Translations under genes and position numbers: made by a program
Notes under the pieces: generated by a model
Told to the model about the DNA's origin: nothing
The model's input: the letters and a program-made list of their open reading frames with translations, nothing else
Databases searched by the model: none
Shown: positions 62,440 through 64,000 of the stretch, piece by piece
Position numbering within the stretch: the stretch's first letter is position 1
Layout of the letters: each line of letters starts with the position of its first letter
Source: Glaucostegus cemiculus
Taxonomy: Eukaryota
Assembly (NCBI GenBank): GCA_976551045.1
Contig: CDPCPM010000011.1
Location: 5,580,001 to 5,644,000, forward strand
Length of the DNA: 64,000 nt
Reading direction: 5' to 3'

Positions 62440-64000
62440 TTCTAGGCTAGATGAATTGGGAAGCAAATAACAGCAGAAAATTTAAGCAAATAGTGCAAAC
62501 TGGCATTCAAAAAGTTACTGAAGGACAGGAGTGGCAAAGACAAGGCCCGCAACACCGTTTTGTGGATAGGGTTGAGTGATTGGATCTTTTCAATGATGGA
62601 GGATTGAGTCAGAGAGTAAAGGTCTAAACAGGATCCTCAAAAAAACTCAACACAGCTCAAGTCAAACCGAATCAAAAGATCCACAGATATGAATTTCAAA
62701 ACATAAGGCAGAAATCAGGGGAGCATATTGATGATTTGCTTAGAAGGCTTAGAAATACAGCCCATAACTGCAAAACCAAGGAAACAGATGAAAGGCTAGT
62801 GGACCAACAGATATGGGGCTCAGTATTCCCGTGAAAAAAAACTTGATCAGGAGGGAGGATGCCTTTGCAACAAACATAAAACATCCGGCCAGAGCATAGA
62901 AAACCACAAGTAGTCAGATGAAGGTTCTAATTACCAGAGAGCCAATCTCCAGATAAGTCCTGGGAAAGGACACAGTTAGTCAACAGAACTGATATGATGT
63001 AAATCAGATTATGTGGCAAACTCAACCATTGAGAGATATGGAAAATGAAAATGAGAACATAGAGGCAGTGCCAAAGAAAGTGTAAATGGATCAATCAAAA
63101 AGGAACAAAATTAGACCATCAGATATTGGAGCTTACATGGAATGACTGAAATGAAATCTGCTACCCAGGTCAGAAAATAGGTGAGAAATGTTTAAACCCA
63201 CAATCTTCAACCTCCAGCTAAAACTCAATAGAGAAATACACTGCAACATTGTACTGCTCAGACTTACTAAAAGGTCTTCTTTGCAAACATGAAAGAAGCA
63301 GAATATCTGAGGGAAAATATCTCGAAATGAAGAAATATCACGATGATGGTATTTAGAAGAGGTACTTAGCCATAGCTTGCAATACCCCAAATTAGAGGGG
63401 TGCACAGAGGATAAGAAATTTTCTGCATGCTCTGTGTTACGGAAGTGGAAGGACCTGCCATTCTGGGCTTGATTGAGAAGCCGTGAGAAAATGCAGCTGA
63501 TCTTAGTTAACTACAAGATGGAGGAAACAACCCATTCTCACCCCATTCCAATCAAGAGCATCTTCCACTGAAATCAAAACAGAGCTGAACTGAATATACC
63601 CAGACAGTTTTGAGGGAACAGATGGATGCTTTGAAGATTTTGAATATCACATCAATGTTGACCCCAAAGTGAAACAAGTGATCCAACCACCACAAAAATT
63701 AACAATTAAGTTGACGAGAAAGTCTGGAAAGGAATGGAGCAGAAGGGAGTTCTAGCCAAAGTCAGTTAACCCACCGTATGGGTGAACTCCATTATGGTGA
63801 ATGAGAACCTTGGTGGGATATGCCTGACTCAAAAGAATTGAATCAGGTGATCAAAAGACACTACTATTCAACCCCAGCTCTGGGAGAAATCATGCCAGAA
63901 TTTGCAGTGGTCAAGCTTTTAGCTATAATGCCTGATCAAGTACTAGAATGTAAAGCTTGATGAAGAATTTTCACCACTTACAACATCCAACATATACCTT
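62440..64000 (+). mobile_element. Decayed Ty3/Gypsy LTR retrotransposon internal region (gag, protease, start of RT), running off the window
   Basis: gag: MNWEANN..KFKQ and HRYEFQNIRQKSGEHIDDLLRRLRNTAHNCK...ERLVDQ. Protease end: VTEVEGPAILGL. RT: YPDSFEG..GCFEDFEYHINVDPKVK, GVLAKV..PTVWVNSIMV and ELNQVIKRHYYSTP. It has many stops and frameshifts. Confidence 0.92.

Noticed and set aside
1-64000. CRISPR arrays, operons or other prokaryotic or viral systems
   Set aside because: There is no regular repeat-spacer array, no gene-dense region and no recognisable viral protein. The content is vertebrate non-coding DNA with retroelements.

Overview
This is AT-rich, CpG-depleted vertebrate DNA, and I recognise no host protein-coding gene. 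The repeats I can see are CR1, L2, Rex1/Babar, RTE, L1 and Tx1-like LINE fragments, tRNA-derived V-SINEs, Deu-domain SINEs, Penelope termini and a decayed Gypsy element. This mix matches cartilaginous fish, probably a ray-like batoid (inference from recalled repeat sequences, not a search). The window looks like a long intron or intergenic region with one 160-N assembly gap. Every ORF-track entry I could assign is a retroelement fragment; the rest look like chance ORFs. Several repeat-free blocks resemble developmental enhancers. I found no convincing new biological system. The best leads are decayed minimal hammerhead-ribozyme motifs in Penelope termini, an RTE with an inverted segment and a nested CR1, recursive-splice-site-like motifs, orphan exon candidates and enhancer-like motif clusters. 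Repeat boundaries were read by eye and are approximate to within tens of bp.
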